A DNA stretch of 64,000 nt from Tubulanus polymorphus (taxonomy: Eukaryota > Animalia > Nemertea). Both the position numbers and the translations under genes were made by a program. The notes beneath the pieces were generated by a model. It was not told where the DNA came from, did no database searches, and saw only the letters and a program-made list of their open reading frames with translations. Position 1 is the first letter of the stretch; every line of letters begins with the position of its first letter. Location of the stretch: positions 14,728,150 to 14,792,149 of the forward strand of contig NC_134026.1 in NCBI RefSeq assembly GCF_964204645.1. The letters run 5' to 3'. This document shows, piece after piece, positions 12,723 through 25,522 of this stretch.

Positions 12723-12937
12723 ACTCATCGTTTTTACCCGTCAAAATCATCGTTTTTACTCGTCAAAATCATCGTTTTTACCCGTCAAACATATTGTTTT
12801 TACCCGTCAAACACGTCGATTTTACCCGTCAAAATCATCGTTTTTACCCGTCAAACACGTCGATTTTACCCGTCAAAATCATCGTTTTTACCCGTCAAAT
12901 TACGCATCAAACCACGTATTTGGATGAGTATTTGGAC
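12723..12937 (+). repeat. Left TIR remnant: about 8 x 22-bp units (AAATCATCGTTTTTACCCGTCA) plus unique inner segment
   Basis: Reverse complement of about 22714-22830. Confidence 0.92.
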
Positions 12938-13038
12938 CAGGTTTTGCACGGTGGCGCATAATTAGACAGGCAACCAGTCTATTGTTTTAGCATACGGCGC
13001 GCTTTTTATGTTCGGACCGCTCCAGCCGACCAGCCGAC

Positions 13039-16000
13039 ATGGACGTAATATTAGAGGAAATCGGGTTGAAACATTTAGTTCCCAAGTTCACTATTGAAAA
13101 AGTAAGGATGCTGCACACTTGAAATTTGCAATACGGGATACCAAATCCGTAATTAGTTGAAGCCGCAGCTTAAGAGATCACGTAACCGCTCACACAAATG
13201 CAAATTCAAATTAAATTTTATGGCGCAAATGTATGGGGTTTTGAATTTGGTGGTTTAAATTTAATGATAATGATGAAATCAAAATGATTTCAAAGATGAT
13301 CTATAAACAATAACTACTTTAATTAATCTAATTAAAGAAAGTTTGCATATAGGCCTAGGCCTAGTTCTAATTAGCATTTGTTGGTGGTTATACTTAGTTA
13401 TCAGAATATACTTATAATAGAGTCTAGAGAGAGTGGTTTGGCCTCCCCAAATCAGTTTTTCATTCTATCAAATTTACTCTCGATTTCACCATTTTGGGTT
13501 ATTTCTAGTTTCAAACGGAACCCTATCTTGGAATGTCATATGATATATTACCTCTTATCATATGTTTTATACTTCAAATGGTATTTACTATATTGCTATT
13601 GACATTGTACTTCTGGAGGATGATATCCTCCAAAAGCTGTGAATTAAAATACCGTCGCGCAAAAGGTAAGTAGTAAGGTTAATTTGCATAAATTTAGGAA
13701 AGTAGAATAGATTATCTCGTGATTTGTCATGTAGGCCTATATGGTTATTTAAGTTTTCACCTTTTTTCACTGTAGCAGGTACGGATGTGACGTCTGAACG
13801 TAAACGGTTATTTTCATCGAGTACTACTCAGAACCAAAGAAAAGGGAAAAAGGAAGAAGTGATTCTGCATGTGTTCTGTTTCGCTGAAAAAGATACGGTG
13901 TTGAATTTGTTGCACATTAAAAGAATCGAGCCAAGGGTAAATCAATCCTTTGGGGAATAAGGAACAGATAGTAATATCGCAGGCACTTGAACTGGCTTTG
14001 ACCTTGTTGGTGTAAATGAAATTTTTCTGTAATCTATGACAATAAATCCACCAGTTATGCCATAATTTACCCAATTTACCCATGATGAAACCGTTTTAGC
14101 CATGATCCAATGCGTGCCCCTAGTTACCCATATTATAGGCCTATAACATATTTGCTAGTGAATCATTAGATTTCTCCATTATCAAAGCCCATATTCAAGT
14201 GCCCGTGGTAAGGTAAAATGGATTGAATTGAATGAATTAGGCCAAAGTAATAAGTCAGTCGAATTTAATCGTTCGTACCATATTACTTCAGCCAAGTGAA
14301 CTTCACTGTTTGTGGATATTGTTTTCCTGCTACAGTCTACACTCTGTATCAAATATCTTGATAAACACTCATCTATCGGAAAACGTTATTCAGGGACACA
14401 AAATGATAGGATAATTTGCTTTAATTTTCAATCAAACATAAACCTCATTATTCATTTCAGGAATCATGGGTTGGCCATAAATCGGCCACAATTGATTTGA
14501 TATCAATGGGCTTAGGTAAAAAGGTGTTACCTTTTTCCAAAACCGATACTATGCCCATGATTCGGCAGCAAATTATTGCTGAATATCAAGGACTCGATGA
14601 ATGTGGAGGTTTCGAGTTTGCAACCCTAGACCAATCAACAAAAATGCTCGAAATCTTAACTGTACCCTCGACCATGACGGCTGGTCAATTGAAGATTGTA
14701 TCGGGACGTAGTCGTTTGTACGTTCGACCAATCCAGAAGGATATTTCTCGGAAGGTAAAATTATGGTATCTACTGTGTCAATATTGCAGTCTAAATGATT
14801 TGGATTAGCTTTAAACTGCCATGGGTGCAATCTATGTGTTTTATCATCAGCAAATACAGTTAACAAAATGAAAAACCAGCCTTGGGTCTTGAAATTACAT
14901 CGGTGTATTGCAGTTTGACCACATTACAGAAAAAGTATTCGCACAAAACTTCTGGCTTCTATCTCTCCAACCAGCGTTTAGGGGTGGTGATCTGGTTTGC
15001 TAGCCTCGTAGTTATATTGGTCCGATACTATCGTATATATATATATATATAACACTTCTACATACTAATGAACAGCTTTTTAATATGCATTTTGTAGCAT
15101 AACTCGAAAGGTGAAGAAGATGAGTACAGTAGTTGTATCGTTTGTGGTCGTTCTATCAAGATGTCAGGAACTCAGGAAACATTCAATGAATTGTTCATCA
15201 GGGTACGTATTGTGTGCCGGTGTCTAAGAAATACGAAAAACGCCACCTACTCACGCCTATATATCATTGCGGGAGGTTGTTGGGTCCAAATTTTTTTAAT
15301 ACACACGTGTTTCCTTTTGAAAGATTACTGGCATGATATGTGGTGACTTGATTTCACTGACAGCTCCTAAGTCAATGGTTGATAATCAATTTTGTATGTG
15401 AACTATTTTATATTTGACAGGTTGGATGATGACTTTTCAGACGATGGTGATTTCCTTCCCCCCAGAAAAAGGTGTGTTAGCAATCTCATGTTTCGTTAAA
15501 TTGTATGAACTAGTGGAAAACCCGTGGAAACCACAAAGTGGTTTTTAGCCCACTTAGGACTTAAATCCCAGCGGGCTATTACATCCACTTTTCGTTTGTC
15601 CGTAGACGTAATCCAGTTATTTTGTGAAGTTTTGAAGATGCTTCAATGGATTGTCTTGATAATTGGTTTATACATGTATCTACCCTAGATACATCTTCTG
15701 CCCAAATATTGGCCCGATCAGACTCAAGATGGCCGACTTGCAGCCATTGTTGTGTGCCAAAATCAGCACTTATTACACATTTTTGAAGTTTTTAAGGCAA
15801 ATTTTGAAGATTTTGACAAATTATTTTGATATCAAATATATATTAATGTAGTCCCTCAAAATGGCCCCAATTGCAGTTTCATAATCAACACCAGGGGGTG
15901 TTGCATTTAGAAATTATTGATATCCATTAGTCAAAAATCTCTGCCTATGCGTGGTGTCCCTGAACCACTAGTTTGCTTTCTTAAACTTCATAAATAATTT

Positions 16001-18925
16001 TTGCAGGTAAACATTACCATTAACAACAAAACCAAATGAAACTGAGGCATGTAATATCCAGCCTTCTACGAGCACTGCTTCCGCTGGGGGAGAAATATTC
16101 GTAACAAGGTATTTGGTTAATAACATGCCAATGCTTTTGCTTTATATAATAATTAAACGATCAACCTGAATGATGTCAATTTCAGTGGCCATTGCCCAGT
16201 ATGTGATTTGTCAATGCCTCTGACAGAATTACCTTTGCATGCTGCAAGCTGTGGAGATATCGAGACAGGTGTCACTACTGAGAAGTATATTTTGCATTTT
16301 ATCCTGCTTGCATTCACTCTGCGTTCCCCTGTCGGTAGAATTAATCTGGTTGTGTTGAAATGTTTTGAAGATCTTTCGATTGATTGTCCCCAGGTTCGGT
16401 ATGTTTGATCAATCAGTCAGTAGATGGAATCAACTTATTTTGGGAAGTTCTGAAGATGCTGTATTGGATTGTCTTGATATTTGGTTTATACTTGTAACTA
16501 CCCAAGTCAGAGAACTGGGCTGGTCAGTATCAAGATGGCCAACTGGGGGCCATTGTTCACTGAACTTGGTACTTTTACACATTTTAAGCCCACTTGGGAC
16601 TTAAGTCCCAGCAGGCGATTGCTTTCAATCTTCGTACATCGTGCGTCAACAGGTTTTATGTTTATTTATTTGGGTATTTCGCACTGTATAAGTGGAATAT
16701 GTTTATGTCTAAGTAATTCATATTTCAGAAGTTTCATGGATGCACTCTCAGAGAAATGGAATGCAATTGAAAAACCCTGTTTTCGTGTAAATGTTGTGCG
16801 GAGTGCGTTTATCAAAACTGCTATGGAAGAACTTGCTTTTGCAAGTGAGGATGATTGGAACGGACGTATCAATGTAATGTTTATGGGTGAAGATGGTGTT
16901 GATAACGGCGGACTCACTCGTGAATTTTTCTCACTGCTGTTTAGGGAAACTCCATTGATAAACAGAGAGCATGGTACTTTCGTACACAACGCACATTTTT
17001 TGCAATCGATGGATTTTAAGGTGCTTGGGAGATATGTAGCACTTGCTTTAATCAGTGGACATCCACGGTGTTTCAGTTCATGGATTGTAGATTATATGCT
17101 TCTGGAGAAATACCCTGCAAACTTTACCAAGTTACCAATTGCTGCAGACGCTTCATCTGCCATTAATGAGGTTTGTAACATTAAGACCCTAGGAATGCTG
17201 TCATCCTTTTTAATGCCACTACTCACTTAACGCCAACATTTTTGAGAGAACAAATTCCCTCAATTTAACTCCAATGCAATGAAAATTCCATTCTTCATTA
17301 ACGCCAAAATTTTAACGCCATATTTTTCATCGATCCCAATAGTGGTATTATGAAGGACTTACGACTGTGGTTTCAAAGTGACAGTTATGATTTTCCATTC
17401 ATTAGAAATAAGTGCATGATACTAGCTAAAACAAAGGTAAGTTATCTACAGTTATTTCGGGTTCTATAGTACACTCCCAGCTATCGTACAATTCATGGAA
17501 GGTAAGAATACTGGATTTGCTCATCATTCATACATTACTCTTGTCCCCAATAAAGAAAAAAACAGACCCGAGTATGAGCTTCTCGCCAAATCAGATCAAT
17601 TTCTAGTCCATTCCAAATCAGACCAACTTAGTTCTATAGCCAATGTAGCAACTTAAGACCAGTCATGAGATTTATGACCACTTTTAGGACTTAAACCATG
17701 ACTGTGCAACCAGCCCCTGGTCGTTAAATTGTAAAATTAATGATTTTATACAACAATGTGAACTAAAAACTGTTCAAACGCCTGCAGTTATATTAACTTT
17801 TCACGCTATATTCGAAGAATTCTTTATTTGAATGTAGGTTTGGAACTGAGAGGAATTAAAAACTTGATGTTTAAATTCGCTGATGAGGCGCGAGCAGTCC
17901 TAGAAAAAGGCCAAGTTAACGAGGTGGAAATTATTGACTTTTACCAACCGTTATACTCAAGCAAAAGGGATGAGAAAGAACGTGAAATTCTAGTTGTCTA
18001 CAATTTTTCCCGCTTCATGAAAAACGTTGGAAGTGAGTATATGAATATATTGAGTATATATTTATATTGTTAGGCCCAGCTACTGCACATCCGTTTTTCC
18101 TGTGTGTCCATGAGTAGTTAAGTTTCAGCCATTGGTTAGAACGATATACAAGTCTGATGTCACTATTGGGACAACTGAAATCATGGCATTTGATAAGGGA
18201 CCATGCTAAGGAGGGGCTCAATGAAAATGCATACAAATGCGTACAGGGGAGGTATGGGTACAACGCTCTGCATACAGTATGCACCAAATGATAATTTTTC
18301 ACTCTATTGACCTTTAATTGTTTCTATTTGGTGTATATGGTCGATGTTTTTGTTGAAATAATTTTTGTATTCATTCTGCATTCAAATAAATGAAGTGTGA
18401 TTTAAGGATTTGATATTCTTAATCACATTGAGATGTTACAACTCGCACACCTTTGTCCTAAAATTCATTCTTGACAAATTGATGTCCCCAATATATGAGG
18501 CAGTTGGAAAAGGTCCAAAAAATCTGAACTTATAATGTTCTAGTTCGCCACAGGTTGGCAGCACCAGCAGTTTTTGTTGAACTGCGTACATTGGCCAATG
18601 ACAATAGACAATGGTTTAGGTTGATTAATATGCATTGAGAAAAATATATGTATCTTTTCAGGAGGAAACGTAAATGTTTGCGAAGAGTTAATTGACTTGG
18701 AGAAGGTTCTACAGTGCTTGGTTGCTAGTCCACAGTTACCATTGAATGTTAAAAGTGGCACTTTAATTTTTGACCTGTAGCTAATAGCTGTACCTGTAGC
18801 TTGTAGCTAATACATGTGGACCGAGTCTCACCTTCTCAAAAATATCAGAAATAACAGACTACGCAGTTTTTGAGAAGGATATGCTACGATTGGTTGTAGA
18901 TGCTACTTCCTTTGGAATTGAGTAG
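13039..18925 (+). pseudogene. Multi-exon transposon cargo gene: SAM-like N-terminus, ubiquitin-like segment, UBZ-type zinc finger, HECT (G2E3-like) domain; partly decayed
   Basis: Exon 1 MDVILEEIGLKHLVPKFTIEK|gtaag; about 14460-14753 GLGKK...GGFEF...LYVRPIQKDI; about 16186 HCPVCDLSMPLTELPLHAASC; 16729-17170 FMGEDGVDNGGLTREFFSLLF; last exon VANTCGPSLTF...SFGIE* with the presumptive catalytic Cys. Full exon chain not resolved. Confidence 0.78.
15542..15973 (+). mobile_element. Non-autonomous Helentron/DINE-like repeat copy
   Basis: Starts TTTTTAGCCCACTT(G)GGACTTAA.TCCCAGCGGGCTATT, has GTCC-type repeats, ends GTCCCTG.ACC.CTAGTT; related pieces near 16300-16640, 19040-19577 and 33240-33422. Confidence 0.65.
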
Positions 18926-20147
18926 ATACGTTAATCTATTTTTAGCCAACTTCGTCTCAGCAGGCTACAGTGGCGTTGAAAGTGCAGAGACTGCAGCGGT
19001 CAAAGCCGCGGTAATAATTTACTGAATGACGTTTTTTTTCTTTGAATACGTTTTTTGAAAAAAGTCTTGTAGCTCCCTACTAGTTCGCTATTTTTCATTG
19101 CGATGGGTATTCTATGAAAAGGGCACTTTGATACGTGAGACAGGAACTTTTGATCAGCCATTCATCACGCAATTGGCGACCATCGCAGTGCCATCAGTAC
19201 TCATCATTGATAGGTGGAAAATGTTTTTTGAGGAAAATATCAACAGGTTTTAACTTTAAGTCTGTTATCAGCACTGTCGTGGGATACACTTCCTAAAAAA
19301 TCGTTACCTGTACTGACATAATAGCCATTGAGTTTTGCCTATGGTCACCAAGGGGCGTTGAATAGTAGAACAACTTAGTACATATATTTCCATATTATAT
19401 TGGTACATAGTCATGTTTAAAAGTAGTAGCTCCTGACACATTCTATGATTGTGGTGAGTTTTGATGTCATTGATTTTTGTATATGGTCAACAGGGGGTGT
19501 TGAATATTGAAATTGTTAGATTGTTGAGCATTTGAAACCATTTTCCAAGTGGGCATGGCGTCCCTGGACCCCTAGTTTCGAGTTTCATTGTTTAACCTAC
19601 AACAGTTCAAAGATTTCTCAAACAGGAATCTATAGAACTACATGCATTGTTGTAGAATATATTTTGGATATCATTTATTGATTTTATATGGATTAAGAGG
19701 AGTTGACAAGTAGAATATATTTTAAGAATCTATAGAACTACATGCATTGTAAAAGAATATATTTTGTATCGATTTTAGCAGTTCTTCAACACAAATCTAA
19801 GTAACTACATGTAATGCATTACCGCGGAACCTTGTTACTATGAACTTCACGGGATCAGAAAATATGTTTGTTTAAAATTGTCTCACATCCTTATATACAA
19901 TCTTTAGAACTGCATGTTCAACAGTTCAAAGAGTTTATTCGATTTAGAATGGATTGGTTGCAGCTGTTTTCATGTATAATTAGTCATCTGGAGATATACT
20001 GATTAACTTGTCTATTTTTTGTCAGAGATCAGAACATTTGTCTTTGACCTAGTCAAAATTAACCCTCTGATGTTCAGTCATACCCTATCACTGATCTGTC
20101 CATGTAAAACTATCCTTTACTGTCATAGTTGTATATTTAGTGCAATT

Positions 20148-20272
20148 GGGCCAGTTGCTCAAAAAAAGGTTAAAGATAACCGGCCGTTAAATATCATAGT
20201 AACAATGAAATTTCAATTGTCACCATATCAACTATCCACTGGTTAACTCTCCAACTTTTGAGCAACCGGCCC
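20148..20272. mobile_element. 125-bp MITE
   Basis: TIRs GGGCCAGTTGCTCAAAA / TTTTGAGCAACCGGCCC. Confidence 0.75.
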
Positions 20273-20446
20273 GTGGTTTTTAGACTGACTGTCAATTCGG
20301 TTTCTATCATGAACTCCACATATTAGCCCCATTTGTTGAGTTCCAGTTCAATCAGAAAGCAGTTGGAACACTAAAGCATTTAGAACACTGATTTTAGATA
20401 AATCTTTGTATTTACTACGCGTTACTGTTTATGAATAATATTAATG

Positions 20447-22660
20447 TTAATTTGAATAAACCACAATTGAATTTCTAATTTCATGATAAATTTCTTTTTT
20501 ACTTAATGCCTTTTCAGAAGAAGCCGTCTCCTTAAGAATTGATATTTCATCATCGTCAACAATCGTCTCAATAGGATGGACTCGTACTTGATTTTCAGTT
20601 TCAAAATCAACATCCAACTGCTCCATAACTTCTCTCTAAAATGGAAAATTTGGAGGCTTGTATACCAATATAACATACATGCATTTTAATGTAATAGATA
20701 ATTTTTGGTTTTGCTTTTTACATAAAAAATCCCAGTTAATTTGGACATTTTTGAACATTTGAGTTTAAAATTACAGCCAAACCTCGTTATAATGCCACCA
20801 TCGGGACATGGCTAATTTCGGCGTTATAACGAGAATGGTGGTAAAAGGGATCATTTTTTGATTACGTACGCATGAAATTTGACTTTCCACTGTATGCCAC
20901 TTACCAAATCATCTTGCAGTGGTGGAGTTCCAAAATTTGTACCTCTCAGCCAGAGTTGTGTGGGAGATTGGTTACCAGCAGTACGAATCCTATGATGGAC
21001 CCACGCTTCTTTGAATCTATCCAAGGAATGGTTGATATCCTGATATACAATATGTAGCGCCAAAAGATCAAGTTCTGAATCTGGGTCAAGAAGACCGGCC
21101 TCTTCCAATTCGAAAAATTCTTTTTTGTATGTATCTAGAACACTAGTATATACATCTCTCCATAATCTTTCTATTCGTTGGTTATGGACGCTTCTGTCTG
21201 CAATGAAATGTCCTGGGCCTCTCTCTGAATGAGCAATCATAAGATTTTCACCTCCTTTGTCCGTCCTGACAACTCTTGGTAGCCCATATTGATCGACAGC
21301 TTCAGTGAAACATCGTAAAACTGTTTCGGCAGTATTGTTATCATTGCATTTTAAAAACACTGGTATTCTGCTATAGCCATCGATGGCTCCATGTATAACG
21401 AAACGCCACCTGCAATAGGCATTGACAAGAAATGTTTAAAATGAGTAAATTCTTCAAAAAAATATCGAATATCAAGTAAATTAAACGATACTATTTACCG
21501 TACGGTATCAGTTTGTGGTTGCCATCCATATGCCATAGGTAGTTCGGTCCTGGGACATTATATTCTCGTCTCCTAAAACTTTGCGTTTTTCTAGCATTAA
21601 CCCCGGCATTATCCACTCTGTGCAGTGAGAGCTGGACGCGCTTTTCACTTATGTGAAACCCTATCGAGCATAAATGTCCTAAATGCATGCGAAGTCCCCA
21701 GTTAGGGTGGTGTATGACAGCATCTTCGACAAGGATGTCTAAATTAAATAAATACCATTTCACACATATAACAAATGAAAGTGTTTTAATGTGATAATAT
21801 GTGGATGATTAGTTTGAAAATAACTGTAGGAAGTGGATATTTTGCCAATGCAGCATTATTTTCAACGCTATTTTGTCAGTGGCTATATACTAAGATACAT
21901 TGATAAAATATAACAATAAAATCATTATGTTTGGTTTGGACTTAGGGTCCAGGGGGTTAAGGTGAGGTTTAGGGCCCGGTGATCTTGTGGAAAGATGTTA
22001 GACTAGCAATACGCTGGTCCGGTTTCGAATCCGCTCTATGCTGCTATTTTCTCTAAAACTCTGTGTGTTCTCCACACTATCCTCCAATTTTCTTCATGCG
22101 TGGTGTAAATTAGCCAATCAGAACGTGCCATTGGCAAAATAGCGTTAACAGGAATAATACCGCATTGGCAAAATATCACTTGCCATAACCATTATATATA
22201 TACCAGTGACATGATCAGATATATCTTTTAGCCGCAAGCCATTTTCACTTAATCTTCGCGCTACGGTATTCTCTGAAATCTGATAAAATCACAACATATA
22301 GAGAAGATCTGTGTTCAAGTGTCAGAATGCTGGGAAATTGAACATTGTTATCCTCAACCAAATTGTGTGGCCTGCTGTAGAAAATAGGCATCGACATAGG
22401 TCTTAAAAGAGCGAACAGTTATTTGGAAGGACTGCAGTTCCAGGCGTCCTTAGTCTTATGTACTTAAAACAATTCCAGTCGTAAAACTACAAGGCCTAAA
22501 ACTAAACACTAACAACAATGGGCAGTAAAGTAAACAACATAATAAACAGACTCACGTCGAACATTCCTCCGATTTCTTTGTACGAAAAGCCTTGAAGAAT
22601 CATACTTTCAAGAGTATTTTGCTCAATTTCGAGCTTATGACGTCTACCGGCAGCAGCCAT
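20447..22660 (-). CDS. Spliced DDE (rve/integrase-like) transposase, 5 exons
   Basis: Exons about 22660-22556 ([26 protein letters not shown]), 22279-22204, 21738-21504 ([14 protein letters not shown]), 21408-20964 ([36 protein letters not shown]), 20636-20447; GT-AG boundaries. Intactness not certain. Confidence 0.88.
21829..22184. mobile_element. MITE in a transposase intron
   Basis: Imperfect TIRs GATATTTTGCCAATGCAGCATTATT / AATAATACCGCATTGGCAAAATATC; internal TTAGGG-like tract. Confidence 0.7.
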
Positions 22661-22713
22661 TTTACAAGGGGATAAATCATTACATTACAGCTGTTATAAA
22701 ACAATCTAGTGAA

Positions 22714-23336
22714 GTCCAAATACTCATCCAAATACGTGGTTTGATGCGTAATTTGACGGGTAAAAACGATGTGTTTGACGGGTAAAAACGATGATTTTGA
22801 CGAGTAAAAACGATGAGTTTGACGGGTAATTCGAAAATACGAAGTTTGAATTTTGACAGTATATCTACGATAGGGATTTTGACGCGTCAAACGATCATTT
22901 AATTTTGACAGAATATCTACGATAGGGATTTTGACGCGTCAAATGATAACTAGTTTTGACAGTATATCTACGATAGTAACTAGGTAATGCGAGATCATAT
23001 TTGACGCGTCAAATACGATGTTTTGACGAGCATTTTATGTTGAATTGTCGGCAGCGGACACCGGCCCGGAAAGAATTTCAAAACGTGTATTGTCGGTACC
23101 TAGCACGATTTCAGCGTTTTTCGGGAATTCCCTGAAATTTCGGCGTTTTTCGGAAATTCCCTGAAATTTCAGCGTTTTTATTTCAGCGTTTCAGCTTTTC
23201 AGTGTTTCAGCTTTTTCAGCGAAGTTCAGGAACCGGTAAAAAATGAAAGTTTGACGGGTAGAATATGAAAGTTTGACGGGTAAAATATGAAAGTTTGACG
23301 GGTAAATTTGATGTTTAATTTTGACAGGATATCATA
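22714..23336 (-). repeat. Right TIR (about 620 bp) with TTTGACGGGTAAAA and TTTCAGCGTTTT subrepeats
   Basis: Direct reading; inner part mirrors the left arm. Confidence 0.88.
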
Positions 23337-24726
23337 AGTAATCGCTAACTCTTTCAACAATCACTTCAACGAAATTGGCGAAACCTTGGCTAACAATTCA
23401 CCTAAGCCCCAGTTTTCATCAGACTTTTACCTAAATAAAGTCCCCAAATCTAATTCAAATTTCTTGCTCTCACCAGTTTGTGAACAAGATGTCATAGAAG
23501 TTGTAAGGAATCTTAAACAAAAACACTCAGCAGGCCAAGATAACATTTCAACGCATTAAAACAAATTATCAACTATATCTCTTGTTCTCTCACACACCTT
23601 ATCAATCAATCTCTCAAAACAGGGGTTTTTCCAAATCATCTTTAAACAGTCATACAAAAACTAAATACATTATATTTCATAACTACCAAAGAAAACCGTT
23701 CTTGTATCACAATTTCCACATCAAATTAGGCGATACCGTTATAGAACGAGTAAAGCAAACAGACTTCCTAGGTCTAAGGATACACGAAAATCTCAATTGG
23801 AAACCACGCATCGAAAAAATACACAAAAAAATCTTTCGGATCACTGGAATAATAAACAAAACCAAGAACATAATTGACTATCAACACCTTGTTACACTTT
23901 ACTATACCCTCATATATCCTCACCTAACCTACGGGTTACTAGCATTGGGAACCTCGCAACACAACAACAAATGCCTACTCGTCCAGAAGAAAATTGTCAG
24001 AATCATAACCAAATCAAATTATACCGCCCACTCTGATCCTCTCTTCAAAAAGTTAAACATTCTCAAAATAAACGACATCCTCATACAAAAAACCACCATA
24101 TTCATCCATCATACTTTACTATCGTCACCACATCATTTCAAAAACATCTTTACCATTGAAAACCTTTATCCCACTATCAACACCTACAAAACATTCAACA
24201 TGATCACACATATTGTCTACCTCTAAATCAACCAAATACAAGTACTAAATCTTTCTCAAAAATGTTCTCAATTTGGGAAACCTTCCCTTCTCAATACAAA
24301 TGCTGCACATGAATAAACATACACTTAAACACCATCTAAAATCACATCTCACCTCCAAATACAATATGAACATAATCTGCAACAACCCAACCTGTTACAA
24401 TTGCTCCAAATTTGCCAATACATCAACTTAATGTCTCATTATTATAACAATACAAGTATTCCCTAAACCATTCTACTGTTCTTATAAATTCTCTCAAGCA
24501 CGAGCTCATCTGTTTCTTATCTTATCTCTTTCTTTTTCTTTATTCTCTCTCTTTCATTGGGTGCCTGCGTTAGCGGCCTTTAAGGCTTTGCAAGAAGGCC
24601 CACATGGATAAGCGCTATAATATTTGTAAATTTGTTTTATTTTCTCGTTCTCTTTTAAATTTGTTTAGCTTTCTTATGATTTTATTGTTCTGCTTTTCCG
24701 TGAAATAAATATTGAATTGAATTGAA
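23337..24726 (+). mobile_element. Same LINE, 3' part; RT core deleted near 23650; ends in an (ATTGA)n tail
   Basis: Resumes IANSFNNHFNEIG in register with KINNTDT before the insertion; jumps from TGVFP to KTKYIIF...FLGLRIHENLNWK...LYYTLIYPHLTYG; AATAAA followed by ATTGAATTGAATTGAAT. Confidence 0.88.
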
Positions 24727-25177
24727 TGTAATGAACGTCTATTCACATACTTTCGAGGCCTTCCGTGCATTCATGAGGAATAACCTATACACACCAATCC
24801 CTGACACTCGCTGTAGACTTCACAGGGATACGATAAAGACGAGTAATCCACGACACAACCAACGATCGATGCAGTTAAACATGGCACGACTTACTTGTCA
24901 ATCACTTACTATTCCAAATGTTTGGAATTTAAGATACGATTGAAAGTAAGAAACTTCTTTTGTACATTTATATAACAGAATATGATTTTAACCGGTATCA
25001 CCGATGTATATGGCTGATGTATAACTATTTGACCATTCTGATGTAGAACTATTTGACCAAATCACGACTTCATGCTTTGTTTTCTCCGATGCCATTTTTC
25101 GACGAAATTCTTTCGTCGGTACGATAACTAAGGTTAGAAGTTGTTACAACTTCGAACCAAAAACTGAATCTATTTCA

Positions 25178-25522
25178 AATAAACCTTATAAGGAAAGTGT
25201 AAGAAATTATATTGATTCACTAGAAACAAAAGATACAATTAAAAATTTAGAAACATTACGTTGTAAAATTGGTCCTGCCGCTATCATATTTAGATTTTAT
25301 AAAGGAATAACAATTGAAGATTATAGCAAGTATATTGAAATAATTGAAAAAAATAATGGATTTTGTAACAGATGAATATTCAAAAAAATTCTTTTTCATG
25401 GAAAGTAAGTTTTATAAAATCAGAAGAAAAGATGGATCAAAACACATTCTAAAGAAATTATTTCGAAAACACAAATTAAAGAGAAATTAGAAAAAGTTAT
25501 TAATGAATTTAACCGTCATATT
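25178..25522 (+). pseudogene. Frameshifted fragment of a diverged pPolB N-terminal region
   Basis: NKPYKESVRNYIDSL..KIGPAAIIFRFYKG..SFIKSEEK..HSKEIISKTQIKEKLEK aligns with NKRPYMEDVRNYINSL..DIGPAAIEFKFHKG..KFIKSEDK..HSQHIISKQHIDDKLNK of the 1-3998 pPolB. Confidence 0.85.

Larger units (their letters stand above)
12723..23336. mobile_element. IS3EU-like DNA transposon (10.6 kb) with long internally repetitive TIRs and two convergent spliced genes
   Basis: Inverted arms 12723-12937 and 22714 onward; right end ...GACAGGATATCATA (TAT...ATA-type end); interrupts the LINE; encodes an rve-like transposase and a HECT protein. Superfamily name is from recalled family features and is less certain than the structure. 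Confidence 0.8.

Noticed and set aside
12723-12900. 22-bp repeats as a CRISPR array
   Set aside because: No unique spacers, no cas genes, mirrored at 22740-22830 as a TIR, eukaryotic context.
21940-21975. TTAGGG-like sequence as an interstitial telomere
   Set aside because: Only two or three degenerate units inside a MITE.
22600-22890. 96-aa ORF with TRQ repeats
   Set aside because: Read-through of TIR subrepeats; the real exon starts at 22660 in another frame.
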